From positions 157,312 through 221,311 of the forward strand of contig CAWBWI010000005.1 in NCBI GenBank assembly GCA_963792585.1: DNA of 64,000 nucleotides. The letters are read 5' to 3'. A program made the translations under genes and the position numbers. The notes under the pieces are model-generated. The model was not told where the DNA came from and did not search any database. It saw nothing but the letters and a program-made list of their open reading frames with translations. Positions 31,094 to 42,137 of the stretch are shown here, in pieces; the stretch's first letter is position 1, and every line of letters begins with the position of its first letter. Origin of the DNA: Candidatus Eiseniibacteriota bacterium (GTDB taxonomy: Bacteria; Eisenbacteria; RBG-16-71-46; CAIMUX01; VGJL01).

Positions 31094-31191
31094 TCGGGTT
31101 TCCCGGACCGTCGCGGGCGAAGAAATGGGCGGAATGCAAGGCGGCGCATCGTGCGCAAACGCACGCTGCGCCGCTCGTTTGGGCCGGTCGT

Positions 31192-32787
31192 CTACTCGGT
31201 GACCGGCTGTGCCGGGGCGGAAAGCAGGCGGCTCCTGAGCCGACCCATCATGTTGTGAATGATCCCCGACTTCTTCTCTGCGGTGCGGGGCGGGCTCACG
31301 CTTCGCTCGTGCGCGACCCTTGCCGCGACGGGCTCGGGCTGACGCCTCTCCCGGTGACCTGCGGAGCGCGTGGGCGGAACCGGATCCTGTCGCCGATGGG
31401 CCCCATCGCGCCGAGCGCCGGATCCCTGATCGTTCCTCCGGGGACGTGAGGGACCTGCGCCCTCCTCGCGGCCGCGCGTCGGAGACGGGGTCTCCTCTCG
31501 CCTGCGTGCGACTGCAGGCATTGCGGCCTGCCCGCGGCCTTGAGTCCGCGGCGCGGCGTCGGCGGGTTCGCTCCGATGCGCGCGACCGTTCGAACGAGAC
31601 CCGGTGGCGCTTCCCGTGCGCCGGCGGCGCTGCCCCGACCGGCCGGAGCCTGCTGAAGACTCCTCGACGCTTCTCTGCATCGGCTCCCCCACCCATTCGA
31701 TCTTGCGTGAGATCAACCGCTCGATCGCGTCGAGACCCGACGCGTCCTCGGAGGTTACCAGCGAGATCGCGACTCCCTTGCGACCGGCCCGCGCCGTCCG
31801 GCCGATCCGGTGCACGTAGTCGCCCGCCGAGTAGGGCAAGTCGTAGTTGATGACGTGGGAGACGTCGTCGATGTCGATCCCGCGCGCGGCGATGTCGGTC
31901 GCGACCAGGAGGTGGACGCGTCCCGCCCGGAAGTCCTCCAGCGTGCGAACCCGCTCGCTTTGACTCCGGTCGCCATGCATGGCCGAGGCCCGCAGCCCCC
32001 GCTCCCGCAGTTGCCGCGAAAGAGTGGTCGCGCCCGACTTCGTCCGCACGAAGACGATCGCTCGCTTCATCTGGTGGTCCCGAATGAGCCCCTCGAGCGT
32101 CGAACGCTTGCGGCCCCGCTCCACGGCGACCAGCAGCTGCTGGACCTCATCGAGCGTCTTGGCCGCCGGGGCGACCTCGATCCGGAGTGGATTGGTCAGC
32201 ATATCCCTCGAAAGGAGCTGGATCTCCTTCTCGAGCGTCGCGGAGAAGAGCATCGACTGGCGCTCCTCGCGGACCATCCCGACGATTTCGCGGACGTCCT
32301 TGATGAAGCCCATGTCGAGCATCCGGTCGGCCTCGTCGAGGACGAGGAACTCCGTGTTGCGGTAGTCGATGTTGCCCCGCCAGGTGTGGTCGATCAGCCG
32401 GCCCGGCGTGGCGACGAGGACGTCGACGCCGTGGCGCAGCATCTTCTCCTGCGGCTCGATCGGGACCCCGCCGAAGACGGTGGTCGTGATCAGGTCGAGG
32501 TAGCGCCCGTAATCACGGAAACTCTGTCCAACCTGGATTGCCAGTTCCCGGGTCGGGACGAGGACGAGGGCGCGCAACGGCGCCTTGGGCCGCTCCGACA
32601 GCCTCTGGAGGATCGGCAGGGCGAAGGCCGCCGTCTTGCCGGTTCCCGTCTGGGCGCAGCACATCAGGTCCCGGCCTTCGAGGACCTGGGGAATCGCCTG
32701 CGTCTGGATCGGTGTGGGTTCGGTGTAGTTGATCTCTTCGATGGCGCGGAGGATCTCCTCGCGGAGACCCATTTCCTGGAATGTCAT
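31192..32787 (-). CDS. DEAD-box RNA helicase (RhlE-like)
   Basis: PTPIQ, AQTGTGKT, PTRELA, DEAD, SAT, HRIGRTARAG, basic C-terminal tail. Confidence 0.95.
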   Translation of the reverse strand: MTFQEMGLREEILRAIEEINYTEPTPIQTQAIPQVLEGRDLMCCAQTGTGKTAAFALPILQRLSERPKAPLRALVLVPTRELAIQVGQSFRDYGRYLDLITTTVFGGVPIEPQEKMLRHGVDVLVATPGRLIDHTWRGNIDYRNTEFLVLDEADRMLDMGFIKDVREIVGMVREERQSMLFSATLEKEIQLLSRDMLTNPLRIEVAPAAKTLDEVQQLLVAVERGRKRSTLEGLIRDHQMKRAIVFVRTKSGATTLSRQLRERGLRASAMHGDRSQSERVRTLEDFRAGRVHLLVATDIAARGIDIDDVSHVINYDLPYSAGDYVHRIGRTARAGRKGVAISLVTSEDASGLDAIERLISRKIEWVGEPMQRSVEESSAGSGRSGQRRRRTGSATGSRSNGRAHRSEPADAAPRTQGRGQAAMPAVARRREETPSPTRGREEGAGPSRPRRNDQGSGARRDGAHRRQDPVPPTRSAGHRERRQPEPVAARVAHERSVSPPRTAEKKSGIIHNMMGRLRSRLLSAPAQPVTE

Positions 32788-33317
32788 GCTCTCTCTTTCT
32801 TCTTTTCCCGCATGAGGATCGGCATCCTAGCCGGAATCCGCAGCGGACTCCCCGTTGTGTGAAAGGTAACTCCCGGCTCCGGGTTCTCGAGTTCGGGGAA
32901 GAACTGCGGAAGGAGGGGATTTTTCGCAGAGGGTTCGGCGGTCCGCGCGTCGCGGTCGCCGGTCGTCTGTTTCAATCGTTGGCTACCTAGGTCCCATGGT
33001 TGCAGTCAGTATCGGCGGAATCGATACAGAATACCAGAGGTATTCATGATCCGGACCGGGTCGGGATGCCCACGACGGCTCCGGGCGTCCCTCCAGCCGC
33101 CAGGCTGCATCAGGCCGGCGGGATCCCACGGCGGCCCCCAGCGCGTCGAGAATCGCCGTAACCCCATGGCCGCACGGGATCAAACCCATGAGGAGAACAT
33201 ACCCTTCGAAGTGCCCGTCGCATTGCGCAACCCGTGCCATGGCGACGATTCCGTTCAGACCTCCTCCCACGGCGGCGGCGGAAACGGCGAGTATCACCGC
33301 CTCAGAACGAGGAGGGT

Positions 33318-34490
33318 CTATGGTCTCGCCTTCTCCTCTTCCCAGGGCGGCAAGATCTTGACCAGCACCCAGAGGATGACGAACGGCAGAATCATCAGAA
33401 GGATCGAGGGCAGGAGCCCCTCCCGCGTCGCGAAGCCCAGCTTGTAGGTCGTGTAGCCGAGGAAGCTCTTCGAGAAGAGCTGCCCGCCGATGACCACATT
33501 CCACCGCATCGCGAAGATCCCGATCAGCGTCAGAAGCCCCGCGAAGAAGTAGATGGTCTTGCGCCCCGCCGCGGTGATCTTCGTCACCTGGGTGAGGCCC
33601 AGAAGGAAGAGCGGCACCAGCGTCCCCAGGAAGATCTGGATGATGATCTGGGACCCGTAGAGCTTGGTGTGCACCATGAAGTCCAGACTCTTGAACGACT
33701 CGTCCGCCTCGTAGATCCGGTGGATCAGGTCGAGCATTTCGAGCGAGAAGTCGATCAGGAACGCATAGAGCAGGTATCGCGCGATCGTGTCGACGCAGTC
33801 CATCCGGATCTCGGTCCTCTTGAACCAGCTCACGACCATGTAGATCATCATCACCGCCGCGATCCCGGACACGATGGCGGAGAAGATGAAGACGACGGGC
33901 ATCAGGGGAGTCGACCACCAAGGATTCGCCTTGATCGAACCGAAGATGAACCCGACGTATCCGTGCAGCAGAAAGGCGGACGGGATCCCGACGATCGTGA
34001 GGAACCGGCCCACCTTGGCGTCGATCTCGAGCGACTGCGGGCTGATGTTCGAAGAACCGAGGCTCAGAACGCGGTAGAAGAACCCCTTCAGACCGCCGGC
34101 CTCCCGCCCCGTCTCGACGATCTGCTTCCGGTAGTCGATCCAGATCTCGAGCAGGAGCACCACGAGCAGGTACCAGAGGTAGACAAAACCGAACATGGCC
34201 ATCGCGGAACTCTGGTGCGGCGTCAGGTACATTTCCAGCGAGCGCTCGGGATGCCCCAGGTGGAGTTGCAGCGGAAGCGGGGCCACGAGAAGGAACGACA
34301 ACGCGGTCAGGAGCGCCAGGCGATAGGTCGGACGGACCGCCGCAACGTTGAAGACCCGCTCGAGCGAGGCGAGGATGAAGGCGCCCGCGACCAAACCCGT
34401 GATGAACGGGTAGAGGACGATCAGGAGACTCCACTGGAGTTCGGCTTCGTTGGGATAGATGAACCCGCGGACCGCATGGACGACGTCCAT
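33318..34490 (-). CDS. NrfD/PsrC/DsrP-family membrane anchor
   Basis: WSLLIVLYPFITGLVAG, HLGHPER, LHGYVGFIFG, RWNVVIGGQ; about 10 TM helices. Confidence 0.88.
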   Translation of the reverse strand: MDVVHAVRGFIYPNEAELQWSLLIVLYPFITGLVAGAFILASLERVFNVAAVRPTYRLALLTALSFLLVAPLPLQLHLGHPERSLEMYLTPHQSSAMAMFGFVYLWYLLVVLLLEIWIDYRKQIVETGREAGGLKGFFYRVLSLGSSNISPQSLEIDAKVGRFLTIVGIPSAFLLHGYVGFIFGSIKANPWWSTPLMPVVFIFSAIVSGIAAVMMIYMVVSWFKRTEIRMDCVDTIARYLLYAFLIDFSLEMLDLIHRIYEADESFKSLDFMVHTKLYGSQIIIQIFLGTLVPLFLLGLTQVTKITAAGRKTIYFFAGLLTLIGIFAMRWNVVIGGQLFSKSFLGYTTYKLGFATREGLLPSILLMILPFVILWVLVKILPPWEEEKARP

Positions 34491-34498
34491 CTTCCCCC

Positions 34499-35281
34499 CT
34501 ACCGAACCGACGCATCCAGACCGTTGTAATAGGTCTTGGATCCGGTGGCCATCTGCGGCTTGAGGACCTGGACCTTGTGCGTGGCCAGGAACTCGTGAAT
34601 TGGATCTTTCGGGTCCTTCAGGTCACCGAGGACCCTCGCCCCCGTGGGACAGGTCTCGCAGCATGCAGTGGTGAGCCCCTTGGAGATGCGGTGATAGCAG
34701 AGACTGCACTTGTCCACCGTGTTCGAGCGGGGGTCGATGAATCGGCAGCCGTATGGGCATGCCTGGACGCAGTAGCGGCAGCCGAGGCAGTAGCTCTTGT
34801 CGACCAGCACCACGCCGTCCGGACTCTCGAACGTGGCGCCCACCGGGCAAACCTGCACGCAGGGCGAATGGGCGCAGTGGTTGCAGAGCTTCGGCACGAA
34901 GAAGCTCTTCGCGCCGTCGCCCGCGTGATAGCGCTCCGGGAAACCGTCGTAGCCGCCGTTGGGGGAGTCCACGTCGGGATGGTCCTCCGCCTCCAACCGT
35001 GACGGGTCCTTGGCGGGAACGTGGTAGCGCTCGACCCACGTGCGGAAGTACTCGGGCGCGAGCGGCACATCGTTCTCCTGCTTGCAGGCGCGAACGCAAT
35101 TGCCGCAGCCGACGCACTTCTCGATGTCGATGATCATCGCCCACCAGTGCTCGGCGGTCTCGTAGCCGGGCGCCGCCGCCGGCTTTCCGGCAATCAGGCT
35201 CTCGAGCGACAACGCGCCGGACGCAGCGAGCAACACGAAACGCGCCCCGCTGCGCAGGAAATCTCGGCGGTCGACCTCCAT
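34499..35281 (-). CDS. Tat-exported 4Fe-4S protein (NrfC/DsrO/TtrB-like)
   Basis: DRRDFLR signal; CVGCGNCVRAC, CNHCAHSPCVQVCP, CLGCRYCVQACP, KCSLC...CCETCP. Confidence 0.9.
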   Translation of the reverse strand: MEVDRRDFLRSGARFVLLAASGALSLESLIAGKPAAAPGYETAEHWWAMIIDIEKCVGCGNCVRACKQENDVPLAPEYFRTWVERYHVPAKDPSRLEAEDHPDVDSPNGGYDGFPERYHAGDGAKSFFVPKLCNHCAHSPCVQVCPVGATFESPDGVVLVDKSYCLGCRYCVQACPYGCRFIDPRSNTVDKCSLCYHRISKGLTTACCETCPTGARVLGDLKDPKDPIHEFLATHKVQVLKPQMATGSKTYYNGLDASVR

Positions 35282-35291
35282 GGTTGGTCTC

Positions 35292-35753
35292 CTACTCCAC
35301 TTCCGGGTGGTGGGGTTGATGGCAACTGGTGCAGACCTCTCCCCCCGAGTGCTCATCCCCGTCGACTTGGGGGAACGCGGCGGGACGGGCGACGTTTCGT
35401 TCGTGGCAGCTCCGGCAAAGGGTCTTCGCGTCGGGCAGTTCGGGCTGCGATCCGCTCGGGTCCGCCGCATGCGCCGCGAGGGCCCCGTGACACGCCTCGC
35501 AACCCACATGCTCGTGCCTGTGCCCGGCGCGGCCTTCCACGACGTCGGCGTGGCATTCTTCGCAAGCAGCGCGCCCGGCGAACGAGATCGGCATCGCGGC
35601 GTTGTCGGCCAGCGCTCCCGGACGATAGTGCCCGTACTGGCCGAAATCCTTGGGGATCATTGCCGCGCGGAGGATCAGGAAGAGGACGATCCCCACGCCG
35701 AAGAGGATCGCGGCGCGGACGAAATGCTCGACGTCCTTGAACTTGAAGCTCAC
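35292..35753 (-). CDS. Membrane-anchored tetraheme cytochrome c
   Basis: N-terminal TM helix; CEECH, CEACH, CRSCH, CTSCH. Confidence 0.88.
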   Translation of the reverse strand: MSFKFKDVEHFVRAAILFGVGIVLFLILRAAMIPKDFGQYGHYRPGALADNAAMPISFAGRAACEECHADVVEGRAGHRHEHVGCEACHGALAAHAADPSGSQPELPDAKTLCRSCHERNVARPAAFPQVDGDEHSGGEVCTSCHQPHHPEVE

Positions 35754-35834
35754 ACGTCCCCTCTCTTCTTCAGAGTCCGCTTCTCAGCCTGTGACCGTCC
35801 CCGCCCCGATCGGCCGGGCGCTCGCGACGCCGGG

Positions 35835-36984
35835 TCAGCGGCCGGGCGGCGTCTCCGGTCCTACCGTCCGCTCGGTCGTGTAGAAAGTGATCCAGGTCCG
35901 ATTCTCCGTGTCCCCCGTCGGAGCGTGCTCATAGGAGAGGCGCACGCTCACGAATGCCGTCGACTGCCGGAAGACCGGGAATCGAAACGTCTCGGTTCGA
36001 GATTCGCCGCCGAGGATCCGGGTGTCCGCCGTGCGCCTGACGCCCTTCGCGAAGTAGCCGCTGTCCGTGATGATGGGGGCGCCCGTCGCGTCCTCGAAGG
36101 TCTGTCCGTAGGTCCTCTGCTCGTTGTACGTCTGCCCGTCGCTCGTCTTGACCTTGATTTCCAGGACGACGCGACGCGAGGGCATGCCGGTGGGCACGGC
36201 ATGGCCGGCCCCGACATTCTTGAGACCGACGTCGAGAACGAGATGGCCTTCCGATCGCTTGGGATTGAAGGTCACCGGCCAACGCCTTGTTGAGTTGCGT
36301 GATCGAGTGGCCGCCCGGAACGTCGTGGAGGTTCACCTCGGCATCGGGAACTCGGGCTACCCGCGCGTCCACGACTTCCGCCTCGGTTCGGTTCATGTGG
36401 CAGGTCTGGCAGGTCCGCCCGTCCTTTGCCGCCGGGCTCTGCTGCCATTCCGAGTAGGTGGCCATGATCACCGTGCCCTCGGGGTTCCGGTACTCGTGGC
36501 AAGGGGCGCACACCGCGGCGGTCGTGTGGAGCTCGGAGTACTGCACGTCGTGCGCCATGGACTCGGCGTCCTTGATCGGACCACGCTTGACCTTGCCGAT
36601 GTCGTAGGTCAGCTTCGTGCCCAGTTCCGTCACCTCCACGGAGGAGATCCCGTGGCAGATATCGCAGCTGACCCCCTCCCATGACACCTTCAGATCGAGG
36701 TCGGCATCGTTGAGAAGATCCGCGGCGGGGCCATGGCACCCGGTGCAGATCCGGCCGACGGACGCCCCTTCTCTGCGGTTCGTCTCCCGGTAGGCATCCA
36801 GGAAGATCGGATCCTCCATCGCCCGGGCGTGGGCCGAGGTCCGCCACATTCGGTAGATGTCCCGGTGGCATTCGCTGCAGACCTCGCTACGCGCAGGCCG
36901 CCCACTCGAGCCCCCGGGGGAGGCGAGCGACGGCCCCACATAGGCGAGGGTTCCGGCCAAGATCAGTACGTTCCAGCGACGCAT
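35835..36984 (-). CDS. Pentaheme cytochrome c (c554/c552-like) with C-terminal beta domain, frameshift near 36280
   Basis: Signal peptide; CSECH, CTGCH, CDICH, CAPCH, CQTCH; continues in a second frame with NVGAGHAVPTG. Confidence 0.82.
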
Positions 36985-37508
36985 GCTGCCCTCCGTGGAG
37001 TGGAATGGCGGCGGCCTTCCCCGAGTCGGAATGGAGCAATTCAGCCCTGGAATCCGGTATCTGTCAATGTGTAAATGGGTTGTGGGTGTCGAATGTCCGC
37101 GTTGAAATTCTTGTATACGATTTCACTAACAGCACATCTGATCGATGTGGCGCAGAGTCGCACCCTCGAATCAGAAGCTGGAATGCTCCAACGCGATGGG
37201 CTGTATCACGAGGACGACTGAATGCCGCGATCCCACCGACCCCGAAGAAGGAGCGAACCATGGGTCTTGCTCCGGCATGCCACGCAGGATTTTTCATAGC
37301 GCCCGGCGTCGTCGGTCTCCTCCGGTGGGAATGTCCTCCATGGGGGCCGCGAGTCCCTCCACATCCCCCGACCCTGCCCCATTCTGAATTCTTTACGGTG
37401 ATTCCAAGTTTGGTCGGCATTGCTTATGATCTTCCAGGGCCGACCCGGGAGCGCCGCCCCGGGGATCAATGACCAACGACGGGGCGCCGATCGGCGCAGG
37501 AGAACTCG

Positions 37509-37829
37509 ATGCCGGCTTTCGACTTCCACGGAAAGGTGCTCGAGATCAACGAAGAGGGATTCCTCGCCCATCCGGAAGAGTGGACCGAGGAGTTGGCGGC
37601 GTTTCTGGCGCGCGAGGAGGAGAACCTCGATCAGTTGACCGACGAGCACTGGGCCGTCATCCGTTTCATCCGTCAGCATTACGAGGAGAAGCAATCGGCC
37701 CCGATGGTCCGTTCGGTCTGCAAGGCCACCGGGCTGCCCCTGAAGCGCGTCTACGAGTTGTTCCCATCCGGTCCCGCGAAGGGCGCCTGCAAGCTGGCGG
37801 GTCTTCCCAAGCCCGACGGCTGCGTCTAG
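37509..37829 (+). CDS. dsrC: DsrC/TusE sulfur relay protein with both C-terminal cysteines
   Basis: EEGFL...LTDEHWAVIRFIR...LFPSGPAKGACKLAGLPKPDGCV (C-X10-C). Confidence 0.88.
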   Translation: MPAFDFHGKVLEINEEGFLAHPEEWTEELAAFLAREEENLDQLTDEHWAVIRFIRQHYEEKQSAPMVRSVCKATGLPLKRVYELFPSGPAKGACKLAGLPKPDGCV

Positions 37830-37832
37830 GGC

Positions 37833-38468
37833 ATGGCGGATCCCCTTCGGATCGGCGTCGCAATCTGCGGCGCATGGGCGCTCGCCGCGATCACCTCCCA
37901 AGTCCTACGCGCGAGGTCTTACGGCAGACGGCCGCTTTACGCGCCACCTGCGGGAGATCCTGTCAAAGCGATCCTCTACGCATTCGGTCCGGGGATGTCC
38001 CCAACCGCCAAGGAAAGCGTGCGGGAACACATCTCCGCCTATCTCGCCGGAATGGGGTATCACCTCGGAATCTTCACCTCGATGGCGATCCTGGCGGTCC
38101 AGATCGCAGGCGGGGCGGCGAGTGGGCCGGTGCTCTTGGCGTTGCGGATGCTCAGTCTGACGGGAGCCGTCTGCGGGTTGACCCTGCTTGCGCGGCGTCT
38201 CGTAACCGCTCCCCTGCGGGGGTTGAGTTCCCCCGACGACTACATCGCCAACGCGCTGGTGACGGCCTTCGCGGCCCTGGCTCTTGCGTCCACGCTCAGC
38301 GCCGCCGCACTGCCCATCTTGCTGGCGGAGAGCATGATCCTCTTCCTCTACCTGCCTCTCGGCAAGATCCGGCACTGCTTCTTCTTCTTCACCACCCGTT
38401 CGGCGGCGGCGGCGCAGTTCGGCCGCCGCGGAACCTGGCCACCGGCGCACTCGTCCGGGCGCGGGTAG
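37833..38468 (+). CDS. NarI/DsrM-like membrane subunit
   Basis: About 5 TM helices, YHLGIF, SSPDDY, YLPLGKIRH; lies between dsrC and the DsrK-like gene. Confidence 0.65.
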   Translation: MADPLRIGVAICGAWALAAITSQVLRARSYGRRPLYAPPAGDPVKAILYAFGPGMSPTAKESVREHISAYLAGMGYHLGIFTSMAILAVQIAGGAASGPVLLALRMLSLTGAVCGLTLLARRLVTAPLRGLSSPDDYIANALVTAFAALALASTLSAAALPILLAESMILFLYLPLGKIRHCFFFFTTRSAAAAQFGRRGTWPPAHSSGRG

Positions 38469-38477
38469 GGCGGCGAC

Positions 38478-39819
38478 ATGTCGGAACGAACCGAGCTCGA
38501 ATCGCGGTTGGACGCCCTCACACCCAAGGACCTCGATCGGGGTTTGCAGGCCTTTCGGGAAAAGCTGGGCGGCGCGGAAGCGTCTTTCCTCCAGACATGC
38601 GTCCACTGCGGGCTCTGCGCGGAATCCTGCCACTACTACCGGACGGATCGGGAGCTGGAGTCCATTCCCGCATACAAGCTGGACCAGGTCGTGTCGGTCT
38701 TCAAACGGCACTTCACCACGGTAGGCAAGCTCATGCCCGGACTCGTCGGCGCCCGAACCTTCGATCGAAGCATGGCCGGGAAGTGGGTCGAGGTTCTATT
38801 CGGCCGCTGCTCCCTCTGCGGCCGTTGCAGTCTCAACTGCACGACCGGCATCCACATTGCGCCCCTGCTGCGCGCCGCGCGCGGCGCCCTCGTTGAAATG
38901 GACCTGGTCCCCTCCGACCTGCAAGGGATCGTCACGACCAGCCTCCAGTCCGGCAACAACATGGCGATCGCGCAAAGAGGACTGGCTCGAGACCCTGCAG
39001 TGGATCGAGGAAGAGTTGCAGCTCGCGACGGGTGACCCCGACGCGAGGATCCCCGTGGACAAGGAAGGCGCGCGGATCCTCTTCACCGTGAACCCGCGGG
39101 AGCCTAAGTTCTTCCCCCTCTCCCTGCAGGCAAGCGCCACCGTGTTCCATGCGGCCAAGGAAGACTGGACCGTGGCCAGCGAAGGCTGGGACCTCACGAA
39201 CTACGGGCTCTTCACGGGGAACTCGCGCGAGGCCGGCGCAATCGCCTCGAACCTGATGCGCTCGATGACGCGGCTGGGCTGTCGGATGCTGGTGATCGGC
39301 GAGTGCGGTCACGGATACGCGGCCGCGCGTTGGGAGGCGGCCGAGTGGCTGCGGGAGTCTCCCGCCTTCGAGATCCGGAGCTTCCTCGAGATCATGGAGG
39401 ATTACCTGCGGGAAGGCAGGATCCGGGTCGATCCGGATCGGCACCCTGACGTGGTGACCCTCCACGACCCATGCAACCTCGTCCGCAACGGCGGGGTCTC
39501 CGAGCCGCAACGCGCGATCCTGCGTCGAACCGTCCGCCACTTCGTGGAGATGACCCCAAATCGGGAAGAGAACTTCTGTTGCGGCGGGGGTGGCGGCCAG
39601 CTCGCGATGAGCCGCTTCAAGGCGAGGCGGATCGCATCCGGCGGCGTGAAGGCGGAGCAGATACGTCGCACGGGTGCCGCGACCGTCGTCGCCCCTTGCC
39701 ACAACTGCATCGATCAGCTCATGGAGCTCAACAAGGAATACAAACTCGGCGTCGCCATCAAGACCGTCGCGGAGATGGTGGCCGACGCCTTGGTCGCCGA
39801 TCCGTCCACCCAAAGCTGA
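38478..39819 (+). CDS. DsrK/HdrD-like Fe-S oxidoreductase with CCG domain, frameshift near 38970
   Basis: CVHCGLCAESC, CSLCGRCSLNC, GNNMAI then KEDWLETLQW in the next frame, GECGHG, HDPCN, CCGGGGG, APCHNC. Confidence 0.85.
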
Positions 39820-39828
39820 GAGGAAACC

Positions 39829-41063
39829 ATGTCACTCGCTACGCGCAAGACCGACACTCCGCAACCCGAAAGTGCGGACCCCGTTTGTAGCCTGATCTAC
39901 CTCGACAACGGAGCGACCTCGTTTCCCAAACCGCCTCAGGTCTATGACTTCATGGACACGTTCTATCGCGGGTACGGCGTCAATCCCGGCCGCTCCGGCT
40001 ACGATCTCTGCATCGAGGCCGGCGACCTGGTCGAGGATACGCGCAAGTTGCTCACGAAGTTCTTCAACGGGACCGATCCGAGCCGCCTGGTGTTCGGCTA
40101 CAACGCGACGGACGCGCTGAACCTGGCGATCTTCGGCCTCCTCGCGCCGGGCGACCACGCGGTGACCACCCACCTGGAGCACAACTCGACCCTGCGGCCC
40201 CTGTGGCACCTGCAGGAGCGGGGCGTCGAGGTCGACTGGGTGGACTTCGACGAGACCGGGCTACATCGGACCCGGATGCGATCATCCGCTGCCTCAAGAA
40301 GAACACCAAGGCGGTCGTTATCAACCATGGCGTCGAACGTGATCGGCACGGTCCAGGACGTCGCGGAAGGTCGGCGGAGCCTGCCGAGAGCGCGGCATCC
40401 CCTTGATCCTGGATGCCTCCCAGACCGCCGGAATGATTCCGGTGGACATCGAGGAACTCGGCGTCGGCGTCCTCTGCTTCACCGGTCACAAGTCCCTCAT
40501 GGGCCCGATGGGAACGGGTGGGATGTACGTTCGCGAGGACGTGGAGATCCGTCACACGCGCGCCGGCGGCACCGGCGTGCGGAGCGCGCAGCGCCACCAT
40601 CTCGAGGAGTACCCGTATCGGATGGAGTACGGAACGCCGAATCTGCCCGGGATCGCCGGGCTTGAGCGCCGGGGCGCAGTGGGTGATCGATAAAGGTGTC
40701 GAGGAGATCCACCGCCACGAGATGTCCCTCTGGACGAAGCTTCGCGACGGGCTGCGGGAGATCCCGGGGGTCACGCTCTACTGCCAGGACTCCGCAGAAG
40801 ACCGGATCAGCGTGCTGGCGTTCAACGTGGACGGGCTCGATGCCGCCGACACCGGCACCATGCTCGACGTCGACGCGAACATCGCCTGCCGCACCGGACT
40901 TCACTGCGCCCCGATGGTCCACGAACATCTGGGCACGGACAAGATCCACGGCTCGGTCCGCTTCGGGATCGGTCCGTTCAACACGGAGGAGGAGATCGCG
41001 CACACGATCCAGGCCGTGCGGGAGATCGCCGAGATGCAGGCACGCAAGGGGGCCAGAAGCTAG
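39829..41063 (+). CDS. Class V aminotransferase: cysteine desulfurase/selenocysteine lyase (group II type), frameshifted
   Basis: IYLDNGATSFPKP, EHNS, DASQTAG, TGHKSLMGP, EYGTPN, RTGLHCAP across three ORF fragments. Confidence 0.85.
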
Positions 41064-41274
41064 GGGTGCCTCCCTCCCGGCGAATCACATCCGTGGCTGC
41101 AACCGGGAATGAACCTTGCTATTGTCCGCCACCGAGGGGCGGCAACCTGCGGGTTTCCCGTATGTGTGGCCGCGGGCGAGCCTTCCGGATCCTCGCCATG
41201 GCGCCGACGTTCGGGTCCGCATTGCTTCGGGCGTGCGTTCCGCAATTGTCGCGCCTGGGCGAGGAGAATGCACC

Positions 41275-41952
41275 ATGCGACCGCCCCTGAAGATCTTCGC
41301 CGTCCTTCCGCTCCTGACCTTTCTCTCCCTTGTCCCGCCGGCCGAATCCGCCACCTGTCAGGGAAGTCTGCTCCTCGGATTGAACGCCGGCCCGGGAGCG
41401 CTTGGGAATCTCACGGTATCGAACATTTCGGCCAACCTCCCGCTCCGCCTCCGCCTCGGCCTCGGTTTCGCCACCATGAATCCCGGGAAGCCGGAGGACG
41501 CCCGGCGCGTTTTCATCAACGACAACAGCGGCGGCACGCCGGAGAAGCACGGCCATTTCTGGACGATCGGCCTCGATCTCATTCAGCCCTTCTCCGCGAC
41601 GGCGGCCCGCCGGATCGACGGCTACATCGGTCCTCGCTATGGGATGTTCGATGGGCACTTCCGCTATGTCGGAGACAACGAGGAGTTCGACGTGACCGGC
41701 AGCTCCTGGGGCGTGGGGGCCGGACTCGAGGCTTCCGCCGACATCAGTTCGAGATTCGCGCTCCTGGTCTCCGGGGGGGCCGAATACTACCGTCCAGGCA
41801 ACCTCCACGGCCACGATGCGACCTACAGCCCGAACGACGACAATGTCAACTCGCGCAAGGACTACCAGTACGACGACGCCGACGAGGCGATCAACCAGCC
41901 GAACGTCGAGATGAAGCTGATGGGAGGTGTGACCTACCGATTCGGGCGCTGA
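41275..41952 (+). CDS. Outer-membrane beta-barrel protein
   Basis: Signal peptide, amphipathic strands, C-terminal GVTYRF. Confidence 0.65.
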   Translation: MRPPLKIFAVLPLLTFLSLVPPAESATCQGSLLLGLNAGPGALGNLTVSNISANLPLRLRLGLGFATMNPGKPEDARRVFINDNSGGTPEKHGHFWTIGLDLIQPFSATAARRIDGYIGPRYGMFDGHFRYVGDNEEFDVTGSSWGVGAGLEASADISSRFALLVSGGAEYYRPGNLHGHDATYSPNDDNVNSRKDYQYDDADEAINQPNVEMKLMGGVTYRFGR

Positions 41953-42137
41953 GGTCGGGGTCTGCTGGCACGGGGTCCGCTGGAACCTGGACCCGCACAG
42001 GACAATTCAGTACGATTTCCTGTTTTCTATTCCCCGATCCGACCAATTACTCGAAACAGGAGATCCACATGGGTGCCCGGCTCCGACGCGGCCGGAACCG
42101 ACTTGTCTGGTTGCTCTGCCTCCAGGAGGTGTTCCGA

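Noticed and set aside
33100..33290. Short hydrophobic reading-frame fragment after nrfD (GHFEGYVLLMGLI)
   Set aside because: No convincing start or family assignment; possibly a gene remnant.
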